32,000 nucleotides of DNA from Candidatus Saccharimonadota bacterium (GTDB lineage: Bacteria > Bacteroidota > Bacteroidia > Flavobacteriales > Blattabacteriaceae): positions 210,001-242,000 of the forward strand of contig NZ_CP059216.1 in assembly GCF_014252315.1 (NCBI RefSeq). Direction: 5' to 3'. Shown here piece after piece: positions 1 to 8,272 of the stretch. How positions within the stretch are numbered: the first letter of the stretch is position 1; each line of letters begins with the position of its first letter. The notes under the pieces were generated by a model that saw only the letters and a program-made list of their open reading frames with translations, did no database searches and had not been told where the DNA came from. The position numbers and the translations under genes were made by a program.

Positions 1-363
1 ATTTGATGCCCCTGTTATAGATGAAGAGCCATAATTACCATGTTTTATAACTTTACCTCCAGCACCTGCTACAATAAAACACGCTATTGTAGAAATATTA
101 AATGTATTTTTATCACCTCCTGTTCCAACTATATCAATTGCATTTTTTTCTTCAAGATCTATATTAATTGATAATTCTCGCATAGCTTGATAAAATCCTA
201 CTATCTCATTTATAGTAGGATTTCTCATATTATAAATTGATATTATAGCTATTATTTTATAATCATTTATATTTCCATTCGACATATCTATAATTAATTT
301 TCTAGATTCATCTTTTGTCAATGTTTTTTTTAAAAAAAGATTTTCCAATATTTTTTTACTCAT
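1..363 (-). CDS. trpD: Anthranilate phosphoribosyltransferase, N-terminal 121 codons (gene continues past the window start)
   Basis: I translated the minus strand from the ATG at 363-361: MSKKILENLF...NAIDIVGTGGDKNTFNISTIACFIVAGAGGKVIKHGNYGSSSITGASN. It carries the GTGGD and KHGN motifs typical of TrpD. It lies 5 bp downstream of trpG in trpE-G-D order. Confidence 0.9.
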   Translation of the reverse strand, partial: MSKKILENLFLKKTLTKDESRKLIIDMSNGNINDYKIIAIISIYNMRNPTINEIVGFYQAMRELSINIDLEEKNAIDIVGTGGDKNTFNISTIACFIVAGAGGKVIKHGNYGSSSITGASN

Positions 364-368
364 ATTTT

Positions 369-941
369 TTATATATTCAACCAATTATGTATTATTTTTT
401 CTCCATACGGAGTTAAAATAGATTCTGGATGAAATTGTACTCCGCGTACATCATAAAATTTATGACGTAAAGCCATGATTTCTCCTTTTTCTCCAACAGC
501 AGTAATTTGAAGTTCTTTAGGAAAATCTTGTGAAGATATTATCCATGAATGATAACGTCCAACTTGAATATTTTTTGGAATCTTTTTAAAAATTATTTCC
601 TCTGAATCTATTATTTTTATTGAACTAGAAACTCCATGACATACATCTTTTATGTTAAAAAGAGTAGCTCCAAATACTTCTCCTATAGCTTGTTGTCCTA
701 AACATACTCCAAAAATACTTTTAGTAGAAGCAAAAGTACTAATCAATGGTTTTAATATATGAGCTTCGTTAGGAATCCCAGGTCCAGGAGATAATATTAT
801 TTTATTATATTTTTCTACATCTGATAGTTCTATTTCGTTATTTCTAAATACTTTTACAAAATTTTTTGTTAATTTTTTTACTGTGTATACTAAATTATAA
901 GTAAAAGAATCATAATTATCTAAAATTAATATTTTATTCAT
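369..941 (-). CDS. trpG: Anthranilate synthase component II (glutamine amidotransferase)
   Basis: 190 aa. Class-I GATase motifs are present: SPGPG, GVCLGQQ (catalytic Cys) and GVQFHPES. Its start overlaps the trpE stop in an ATGA (938-941). Confidence 0.93.
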   Translation of the reverse strand: MNKILILDNYDSFTYNLVYTVKKLTKNFVKVFRNNEIELSDVEKYNKIILSPGPGIPNEAHILKPLISTFASTKSIFGVCLGQQAIGEVFGATLFNIKDVCHGVSSSIKIIDSEEIIFKKIPKNIQVGRYHSWIISSQDFPKELQITAVGEKGEIMALRHKFYDVRGVQFHPESILTPYGEKIIHNWLNI

Positions 942-2368
942 ATATTTTTAGCTAATTCTATAGACTTAAATAAAGCTATAAGTTTATTATTCACTTCTTC
1001 TAATTCTTTTTTTTCTTCTGAATTAGCAACAATACCTGCACCAGCTTGAAAAAATAAGGTATTATTTTTACTTACAAAAGATCGTATTATAATAGCAGTA
1101 TTAACAAAAGAATTGTTTAACCCAAAAAAACCAATAGCTCCTCCATATAATCCTCTATTTTGATTTTCTATTTTATCAATTAATTCCATGGCTTTATATT
1201 TAGGAGCTCCAGATAATGTTCCTGATGGAAACGTATCTCCAAATATTTTAATATTTGATATATTTTCGTCTATTTTTCCAGATACTTTTGATACCATATG
1301 TAATACATGAGAAAATGTATGAATTTTTTTAAATTCTTCTACTTTTACATTAGTTGAATTTTTACTTAAATCGTTTCTGGCTAAATCAACTAACATTACA
1401 TGTTCGGAATTTTCTTTTGGATCTTTTAAAAGACTATCAGAAAGTTTTTTATCTTTATCATAATTTTGTTTACTTGATCTTTTAATTGTTCCTGCTATAG
1501 GGTTAATATAAGCAATTTTATTACATATAACTAATTGTGATTCAGGTGATGATCCAAATATTTTGTAATATCCATAATCAAAATAAAATAAATATGGAGA
1601 TGGATTTATAAATCTTAAAGCTCTATATACATTAAATTCATCGCCATTAAATCTTTGTCTAAATTGTCTAGATAATACTATTTGAAACACATCTCCACGC
1701 AAACATGAATTTATTCCCTTATTTACCATTTTTTTATATTCATTATCTGTAACATTAGAAGTTCTATTTCCTAATGGGTTAAATGGAAAATAAACAGGAG
1801 TTTTTTTTTCAATCAATTCTGTAAGTTGATCTATATAACTTATTTTATCAATATTAAAAAATTGATGTTCAACTACACTTATTTCATTATAAAAATGATG
1901 AAACAAAATTATATTTTTATAAAAACTAAAACGTATTTGTGGTAAATTATAATTTTTTTTTACTGAAGAATAAAATTTAATATTTTCGAAATATTGAATA
2001 CTATCATATGATATATACCCATATAATCCTGTATATTTAAAATTAATACTATTATTTTGTATAAATTTTTTGAAAAAATCTTCAATTAATTTACTAATAC
2101 TAAATTTATTATCTATAAAAATATGTTTGTGTATATTATTTGGATATGATATTTTTAATATATCTTTTTCCAAAATTAATTCTGAAACTGGATTTATACA
2201 CAAGATAGATAAATTACTCTTATTATTATTTAAATTATGATTATGATTAGGTAATTCTAATATTAATATATTTGGAAAAATATCTCTTAATATTAAATAT
2301 AATTCTACAGGAGTGATACTATCATTTAAAATTTTTTTTTGAATAGTTTTAAAATTAAATTTCAACAT
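938..2368 (-). CDS. trpE: Anthranilate synthase component I
   Basis: 476 aa. The chorismate-binding C-terminal domain shows SPERF-like SPESQL, the GTIKR motif, GLYGGAIGFF and AGAGIVANS. It is the first gene of the trpEGD set. Confidence 0.92.
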   Translation of the reverse strand: MLKFNFKTIQKKILNDSITPVELYLILRDIFPNILILELPNHNHNLNNNKSNLSILCINPVSELILEKDILKISYPNNIHKHIFIDNKFSISKLIEDFFKKFIQNNSINFKYTGLYGYISYDSIQYFENIKFYSSVKKNYNLPQIRFSFYKNIILFHHFYNEISVVEHQFFNIDKISYIDQLTELIEKKTPVYFPFNPLGNRTSNVTDNEYKKMVNKGINSCLRGDVFQIVLSRQFRQRFNGDEFNVYRALRFINPSPYLFYFDYGYYKIFGSSPESQLVICNKIAYINPIAGTIKRSSKQNYDKDKKLSDSLLKDPKENSEHVMLVDLARNDLSKNSTNVKVEEFKKIHTFSHVLHMVSKVSGKIDENISNIKIFGDTFPSGTLSGAPKYKAMELIDKIENQNRGLYGGAIGFFGLNNSFVNTAIIIRSFVSKNNTLFFQAGAGIVANSEEKKELEEVNNKLIALFKSIELAKNI

Positions 2369-2402
2369 GATTTCATGGTATTTTATCTTTTATAATTATA
2401 AT

Positions 2403-2438
2403 AAAAAAAAATGGCCGTTGTTTATAAAACAACAAGCC
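2403..2438 (-). terminator. Intrinsic-terminator-like hairpin plus U9 tract in the trpE orientation, ending 35 nt upstream of the trpE ATG (candidate leader/attenuator terminator or sRNA terminator)
   Basis: The minus-strand RNA reads GGC-UUGUU-[GUUUUAUA]-AACAA-CG-GCC-A-UUUUUUUUU. That gives 8 bp (2413-2415/2436-2438 and 2418-2422/2431-2435) with a 2-nt bulge, followed by nine U (plus-strand A-run 2403-2411). The GC clamp stands out in a spacer that is almost pure A/T. Confidence 0.4.
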
Positions 2439-2909
2439 TTTCGAAAATAAAACTTAATGATTTTGGAATTGTTTATATTAAAAATAGATTTTTTTTGTAT
2501 GTTTTTCAATGTTTATTGATTGAATCAATTATAAAACATAAAACAAAACAAATAAAATCACAAATGAAGATTATTGAATTGTACTAATGTACTAAAAAAT
2601 AATAAAGTTTATTTTCATTGTAATTCTTATAGAAATTATAATTAATTATTATATAAATAATCAATAAATTATAAAAAAGTATGCTACAAAACAAACAAAT
2701 ATACAAATATTTTTTTGTGTACATAATTTATTTTATAAAAAATAAATTTTTATTATAATAAAATATAAAATCATAACGACAAAAAAAATATATTAAATAA
2801 AAAACTTAAATATTTATTAATAAAATAAAAAATTATTATATTATTATTATATTATTTTATTGCCTTATGTCAAGATAAGAGATTAAGATAAGCAGTAAAT
2901 AAATATAAG

Positions 2910-2940
2910 CAACATTCAACATTATAATCAACATTATAAT
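2910..2940 (+). repeat. Short tandem direct repeat: CAACATT + CAACATTATAAT x2
   Basis: Read directly from the sequence: 2910-2916 CAACATT, 2917-2928 CAACATTATAAT, 2929-2940 CAACATTATAAT. It lies 27 bp upstream of the gcvH ATG. Confidence 0.6.
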
Positions 2941-2966
2941 TATAAAATTAAGAAACATTTATATAG

Positions 2967-3383
2967 ATGTATCCTGACAAATTAAAATATACAAAGAATC
3001 ATGAATGGATAAAATTGATTCATAATAATAATAAAAAAGAATTAATCAAAAATAGTTCTGCTTCTGCACATGTGGGAATAACTTTTTTTGCTCAAAAAGA
3101 ATTAGGAGATATTATATTTCTTGATATAAGTAAATCACTTATAGGAAATAAAAAAAAACAGGGAGAAACATTTGGAACAATAGAAGCAGTTAAAACTGTA
3201 TCGGATTTATTTATGCCTGTTTCAGGAAAAATAATAAATATTAATAACGAATTAGTTAGTAAACCAGAATTGGTTAATAAAGATTCTTATAAATATTGGG
3301 TTATTAAAATTGAAATTTCAAATATTGAAGAATATAATAGACTTATGTCTAAAGAAGAATACGAAAAGTATTTCAAATCTTGA
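2967..3383 (+). CDS. gcvH: Glycine cleavage system H protein (lipoyl carrier)
   Basis: 138 aa. It has YTKNHEWIK, VGITFFAQKELGDIIF, and the lipoyl-lysine motif IEAVKTVSDL. It ends in TGA. Confidence 0.9.
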   Translation: MYPDKLKYTKNHEWIKLIHNNNKKELIKNSSASAHVGITFFAQKELGDIIFLDISKSLIGNKKKQGETFGTIEAVKTVSDLFMPVSGKIININNELVSKPELVNKDSYKYWVIKIEISNIEEYNRLMSKEEYEKYFKS

Positions 3384-3432
3384 AAATAATAAAACAAAAA
3401 CAACATAATTTTATTTTTATTATTTTTTAATT

Positions 3433-5685
3433 ATGAATTTTAGTAAAAATAACCATTATAATTTTCTTGACGAAAAAAATGTATCAGAAAAAATTATTGA
3501 TTACAAAAATAAAAACATTACTAAAACACATTTTTTTATTCCTGATATTATATGTAGCAATTGTATCTTAATTTTAGAAAAATTACCTGAAAAATATAAT
3601 AGTATTATAGACATTAATGTAGATTTTACTACTAAAATAGTATGGATAACATATAATAATAATAACTTAAAATTAAGTGAAGTAGCTATACTTTTAGATA
3701 AAAATGGTTATAGTCCTTATATTGACTTAAATTCATTTGAATCATTATATGAAAATAAAGATTTTATTCATAATAATGAAAAATATTTTAATAGAAAATT
3801 TTTAATTAAACTAGCAATATCATTTTTTTGTTTTGGAAATATTATGATGTTAATTATACCAGAATATATAGGATCATATAATGATTATTGGTATATAAAT
3901 CATAGATATTTTTTTCGTTATATGATATTATTTTTGGGGATACCTACATTTATAATATCTATTAAAGATCATATAAAACAAGCATGGTTTGGAATAAAAA
4001 AAAATATTATTAATACAGATATCTCTATTATTATTGGATTATTAATTATTTTTTTTTGGAGTATTTATCAAATTTTATTAGATTTAAGTTCTGGATATAT
4101 TGATAGTCTTTCTAGTTTCTCGTTATTTTTATTATTAAGTAAGATTTTCCAGGTTTATACTCATAATAAAATATTCTCATTCAATAAAAATTATAAATCT
4201 CTTTATCCATTATTAATAACAAAAATTAAAGATAAAAAAGAAAATAAAATATTATTATCATTATTGAAAATAGGAGATATATTTTTAATTAAAAACGAAG
4301 AAATTATTCCAGTAGATTCATTATTAATAAAAGGTAAAGCTGTATTAGATAATAGTTTTATTACAGGAGAATCTAAATTAATAAATAAAAATATAGGAGA
4401 AAAAATTTATGCAGGATCTAAACAAAAAGGAAAATTTATTTATTTAAAAGCAATAAACAACGTTAATCAAAGTTATTTAAGTAATTTATGGAAAAAAGGA
4501 AAAAATAATAACAAGAAAAATTATTGTTACTTAAATTCTATTACAAATAATTTTAGTAAATATTTTGTCCCATTTATACTTTTTATATCTGTATCATCTG
4601 GTTTTTTTTGGTATTTAAAAGGAGATATAAATAAAATGATATACACTATTTTTTCTATTTTAATTATTACATGTCCTTGTGCTTTAATTTTATCTTCTCC
4701 ATTAATATTTGGAAATATAATAAAATTATTTTCAAAAAATGGATTTTATATAAAAGACATTTATACTATGGAAAAAATTTCATATATAAATACTATAGTT
4801 TTTGATAAAACAGGAACATTAACAGATATTAACAAAGATGAAATTAATTTTATAGGTAAAAAAATTAATAAAAATAAAAAAAAAATGATAGCTTCTTTAC
4901 TAAGAAATTCTTTTCATCCATTAAGTCAAAAATTATTATCTTTTTTATCTATAAAAAATTTTTATCATATAAAAGAATTTAAAGAAATATTAGGAAAAGG
5001 ATTAGAATGTACAATTAATAATATTCCAATAAAAATTGGTTCTTCAAAATATTTAGGATTAAATATTAATAATAAAAATACAATTGTTGCTATATCTATA
5101 AATAACAAATTTATAGGATATTTTACATTTAGAAATTTTTATCACAAAGACATAAAAAAAATATTTGAAAAATTAAAATATAATTATAAATTAATAATAT
5201 TATCTGGAGATAATAATAATGTAGAAAAAAAATATATAAAGTCAATATTACCAAAATCAAGTAAGGTATTATTTAATCAAAGTCCAATACATAAATTAAA
5301 ATATATTAAAAAATTACAAAAAAATGGATCTAAAATAATGATGTTTGGTGATGGAATTAATGATAGTGCTGCTTTAAATCAAAGTGATGTTGGAGTAGCT
5401 ATTTCAGAAAATCCATCTAATTTTTTTCCTAGTTGTGATGCATTTATTCAATTCAATTGTTTAAGTAAAATTTTCTTATTTTTGAAAATATCTAGAATAT
5501 CTTCAATATTAGTAATGATTAATTTTATTATTAGTTTTTTTTATAATATAATTGGAATTTTTTTTTCAATTATTGGAATATTAAATCCTCTTATTGCTTC
5601 TATTATAATGCCTTTAAGTTCTTTTTCTGTTATTATTTTTTCTATTATATCTACATTTATAATCTCAAAGAAAATTAATTTATAA
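3433..5685 (+). CDS. ccoI: Heavy-metal (copper) translocating P1B-type ATPase, CcoI/FixI-like
   Basis: 750 aa. Motifs present: N-terminal CxxC (CSNC), TGES, the CPC transmembrane metal site (ITCPCAL), the phosphorylation site FDKTGTLT, the HP motif (SFHPLS) and GDGINDSAAL. It sits immediately upstream of ccoS-ccoNO. Confidence 0.9.
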   Translation: MNFSKNNHYNFLDEKNVSEKIIDYKNKNITKTHFFIPDIICSNCILILEKLPEKYNSIIDINVDFTTKIVWITYNNNNLKLSEVAILLDKNGYSPYIDLNSFESLYENKDFIHNNEKYFNRKFLIKLAISFFCFGNIMMLIIPEYIGSYNDYWYINHRYFFRYMILFLGIPTFIISIKDHIKQAWFGIKKNIINTDISIIIGLLIIFFWSIYQILLDLSSGYIDSLSSFSLFLLLSKIFQVYTHNKIFSFNKNYKSLYPLLITKIKDKKENKILLSLLKIGDIFLIKNEEIIPVDSLLIKGKAVLDNSFITGESKLINKNIGEKIYAGSKQKGKFIYLKAINNVNQSYLSNLWKKGKNNNKKNYCYLNSITNNFSKYFVPFILFISVSSGFFWYLKGDINKMIYTIFSILIITCPCALILSSPLIFGNIIKLFSKNGFYIKDIYTMEKISYINTIVFDKTGTLTDINKDEINFIGKKINKNKKKMIASLLRNSFHPLSQKLLSFLSIKNFYHIKEFKEILGKGLECTINNIPIKIGSSKYLGLNINNKNTIVAISINNKFIGYFTFRNFYHKDIKKIFEKLKYNYKLIILSGDNNNVEKKYIKSILPKSSKVLFNQSPIHKLKYIKKLQKNGSKIMMFGDGINDSAALNQSDVGVAISENPSNFFPSCDAFIQFNCLSKIFLFLKISRISSILVMINFIISFFYNIIGIFFSIIGILNPLIASIIMPLSSFSVIIFSIISTFIISKKINL

Positions 5686-5707
5686 AATTATTAATATTTT
5701 TTATGTT

Positions 5708-5899
5708 ATGGACATTATAATTATAATGATATTATCTAGTGTTTCTGTTGGAATACTATTTCTAATATTTTTTTTATGTAGCATTTATTATGGACAATTT
5801 GATGATTATGAAACGCCCAAATTTAGAATTTTAATGGATGATTATAAAATAAAATCAAAAAATAAAAATAATTTATTTCATGATAAAAATAAAAAATAA
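5708..5899 (+). CDS. ccoS: cbb3-type cytochrome oxidase maturation protein CcoS/FixS
   Basis: 63 aa. One N-terminal TM helix is followed by YYGQFDDYETPKFRILMDD, the characteristic GQFDD...RIL.DD motif of CcoS. It lies between ccoI and ccoN. Confidence 0.85.
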   Translation: MDIIIIMILSSVSVGILFLIFFLCSIYYGQFDDYETPKFRILMDDYKIKSKNKNNLFHDKNKK

Positions 5900-8084
5900 T
5901 AGTAAAAATTTAATTAATTATTATAATAATAATATAGTAAAAGCATTTTTATATGCTACAATTTTTTGGGCTCTTATTGGATTTTTAGCAGGACTATTTA
6001 TAGCATTACTATTGTTTTATCCAGAATTACCTGAAGTTATTTTTAGAAACAAATTAAAATATACACAAGGAATATTTGGATTTGGAAGATGGAGAATGTT
6101 ACATACAAATACAGCTATATTTGCATTCGTAGGAAATATAATATTTACAGGATATTACTACTCTTTGCAACGTTTATTAAAAACAAGAATATTTAGTGAT
6201 ATTTTAAGTTGGATACATTTTTGGGGATGGCAATTATTCATTATACTTACATGGATAACTTTCCTTTTAGGAATAAATACAAGTAAAGAATACTCTGAGC
6301 ATGAATGGCCATTAGATATAATAATATTATTTGTATGGATTATTTATGGAATAAATATGATAGGAAGTATTTTAAATAGAAAAATTAAACACTTATATGT
6401 AAGTATATGGTTTTTATTAGGGACATGGGTCTCAGTTGCTATGTTACATATATTTAATAATTTAGAATTACCAATATCTCTTATATCTTTTAAAAGTTAT
6501 TCTATATATGCAGGAGTACAAGACGCTTTAATGCAATGGTGGTATGGACATAATGCTGTTGCATTTATATTAACAACTCCTATTCTTGGATTAATGTATT
6601 ATTTTGTTCCAAAAGCATCAAATAAACCTATATATTCATATAAACTTTCTATTATTCATTTTTGGTCTTTAATATTTATATATATATGGGCTGGACCTCA
6701 TCATTTAATGTATACTTCATTACCAAATTGGGCTCAAGTTTTAGGTACTATATTTTCTATAATGTTAATTGCTCCTTCTTGGGGTGGAATGATTAACGGA
6801 TTATTGACGTTAAGAGATGCATGGAAAAATTTTAAGGAAAATCCTATACTTAAATTTTTCGTTGTTGGAATAGTTTGTTATGGAATGGCAACATTTGAAG
6901 GGCCTATGTTAGCTACTAAAACTTTAAATTCAATAGGTCATTTTACAGATTGGGTTATAGCTCATGTTCATTTAGGAACTTTGGGATGGAATGGATTTAT
7001 GGCTTTTGGAATAATATATTGGATAACACAAAAAATTTGGAGAACTAAATTATATTCTAAAAAATTAATAAATATACATTTTTGGTTAGGTATTATAGGG
7101 ATAATTTTATACATATTACCTATGTATTTTGGTTCAATTATACAATCATTAATGTGGAAAAAATTCAACCCTGATGGAACTTTATACTATAAAAATTTTT
7201 TAGATTCAGTTATACATATTATTCCATTTTATAAAATAAGATTTTTTGGTGGATTAATTTATTTAATAGGATTCATTTTAATGATTTATAATATTTTAAA
7301 AACTATAAAAAATGGAAATTTTATAGAAAACGAAAAATTTCATTATAATAATTATAATTATTATGTAGAAAATAAAAGTTTTCATGATTGGTTAGAAAAA
7401 AAACCTGTACAAATGACTATTTTGTCATTTATAGCCGTAGCTATTGGTGGTGCTATAGAGATCATTCCTACTATAGTAATTAAATCTAATGTTCCTACAA
7501 TACATAATGTAAAACCTTATAAAGCTCTTGAACTTGAAGGTAGAGATATATTTGTTAGAGAAGGATGTAATTCTTGTCATAGTGCACAAGTACGTCCTTT
7601 TAGAGATGAAGTAGTTCGTTATGGTGAATATTCTAAAGCTGGAGAATTTGTTTACGATCATCCATTTTTATGGGGATCTAAAAGAACAGGCCCTGATTTA
7701 GCTAGAGAAGGAGGTAAAAATCCTAGTTCTTGGCATTATAATCATTTATTTAATCCTAGATCCACTTCTCCTAAATCTATAATGCCAAGATATCCATGGT
7801 TAATATATAATAAATTAAATAGATCTAACACATATAACAAAATTAAATCAATGATTAGATTAGGTGTTCCATATAGTATAAAATATTTAAAAAATTATAA
7901 CAATGACATGGATATTCAAGCAAGAAAAATTGTATTAGAAATATATAAAGAATATCCATTATTAATAAATGAAATAAATCAACAAAAAAAAATATATAAA
8001 GAAAAATTTATTCCATTGGAAAAAAGAGAAGTTATAGCTTTAATTTCTTATTTACAAAGATTAGGAACAGATATAAAAATATAA
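5880..8084 (+). CDS. ccoNO: cbb3-type cytochrome c oxidase, fused subunits I and II (CcoN-CcoO)
   Basis: 734 aa. The CcoN part has the WWYGHNAVAF, WAGPHHLMY and HFTDWVIAHVHLGTLGW haem/CuB ligand motifs. The C-terminal roughly 230 aa is CcoO, with a monohaem CNSCHS and GPDLAREG. This fusion is typical of Bacteroidetes. Confidence 0.93.
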   Translation: MIKIKNNSKNLINYYNNNIVKAFLYATIFWALIGFLAGLFIALLLFYPELPEVIFRNKLKYTQGIFGFGRWRMLHTNTAIFAFVGNIIFTGYYYSLQRLLKTRIFSDILSWIHFWGWQLFIILTWITFLLGINTSKEYSEHEWPLDIIILFVWIIYGINMIGSILNRKIKHLYVSIWFLLGTWVSVAMLHIFNNLELPISLISFKSYSIYAGVQDALMQWWYGHNAVAFILTTPILGLMYYFVPKASNKPIYSYKLSIIHFWSLIFIYIWAGPHHLMYTSLPNWAQVLGTIFSIMLIAPSWGGMINGLLTLRDAWKNFKENPILKFFVVGIVCYGMATFEGPMLATKTLNSIGHFTDWVIAHVHLGTLGWNGFMAFGIIYWITQKIWRTKLYSKKLINIHFWLGIIGIILYILPMYFGSIIQSLMWKKFNPDGTLYYKNFLDSVIHIIPFYKIRFFGGLIYLIGFILMIYNILKTIKNGNFIENEKFHYNNYNYYVENKSFHDWLEKKPVQMTILSFIAVAIGGAIEIIPTIVIKSNVPTIHNVKPYKALELEGRDIFVREGCNSCHSAQVRPFRDEVVRYGEYSKAGEFVYDHPFLWGSKRTGPDLAREGGKNPSSWHYNHLFNPRSTSPKSIMPRYPWLIYNKLNRSNTYNKIKSMIRLGVPYSIKYLKNYNNDMDIQARKIVLEIYKEYPLLINEINQQKKIYKEKFIPLEKREVIALISYLQRLGTDIKI

Positions 8085-8098
8085 ATATAGATGTATAG

Positions 8099-8263
8099 AT
8101 GAATTATTTTAAAAATTTTTTTATAAAAGAAAAAAATATAGGAATTTTTCAATCAATTGTATTAATAATATTTTTCATAATATTTTCATTAATATTATTT
8201 ATAACTTTATATAAACCTAAAAAATATTATGATAAAAATAGTTCAATTCCTATAGATGAATAA
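8099..8263 (+). CDS. ccoQ: CcoQ/FixQ-like small membrane subunit of cbb3 oxidase (54 aa; absent from the supplied ORF track)
   Basis: I translated it by hand: MNYFKNFFIKEKNIGIFQSIVLIIFFIIFSLILFITLYKPKKYYDKNSSIPIDE*. It has a single TM helix with a basic, then acidic tail. It occupies the exact ccoQ slot between ccoNO and ccoP. Confidence 0.65.
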   Translation: MNYFKNFFIKEKNIGIFQSIVLIIFFIIFSLILFITLYKPKKYYDKNSSIPIDE

Positions 8264-8272
8264 AAAAAAACA

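Noticed and set aside
2369-2966. Known structured RNA gene (tmRNA, RNase P RNA, SRP RNA, 6S) or a Trp-codon leader peptide in the long spacer
   Set aside because: I could not find the conserved GC-containing cores, for example a tRNA-like acceptor/T-arm for tmRNA, the GAGGAAAGUCC-type P4 for RNase P, or the SRP GGAA tetraloop helix. There is no TGG on the trpE strand anywhere in the spacer. A covariance-model scan is still needed to exclude highly degenerate versions.
938-3383. Possible UGA-to-Trp recoding (genetic code 4), as in some tiny symbiont genomes
   Set aside because: TGA terminates trpE (938-940), gcvH (3381-3383) and mraY (29280-29282) at positions that give normal protein lengths. 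Conserved Trp positions are encoded by TGG, for example HEWIK in gcvH. The standard bacterial code therefore applies.
6968-7661. Minus-strand ORFs 6968-7168 and 7425-7661 inside ccoNO
   Set aside because: Both lie entirely within a strongly supported CcoN-CcoO coding region, and neither has any recognisable motif.
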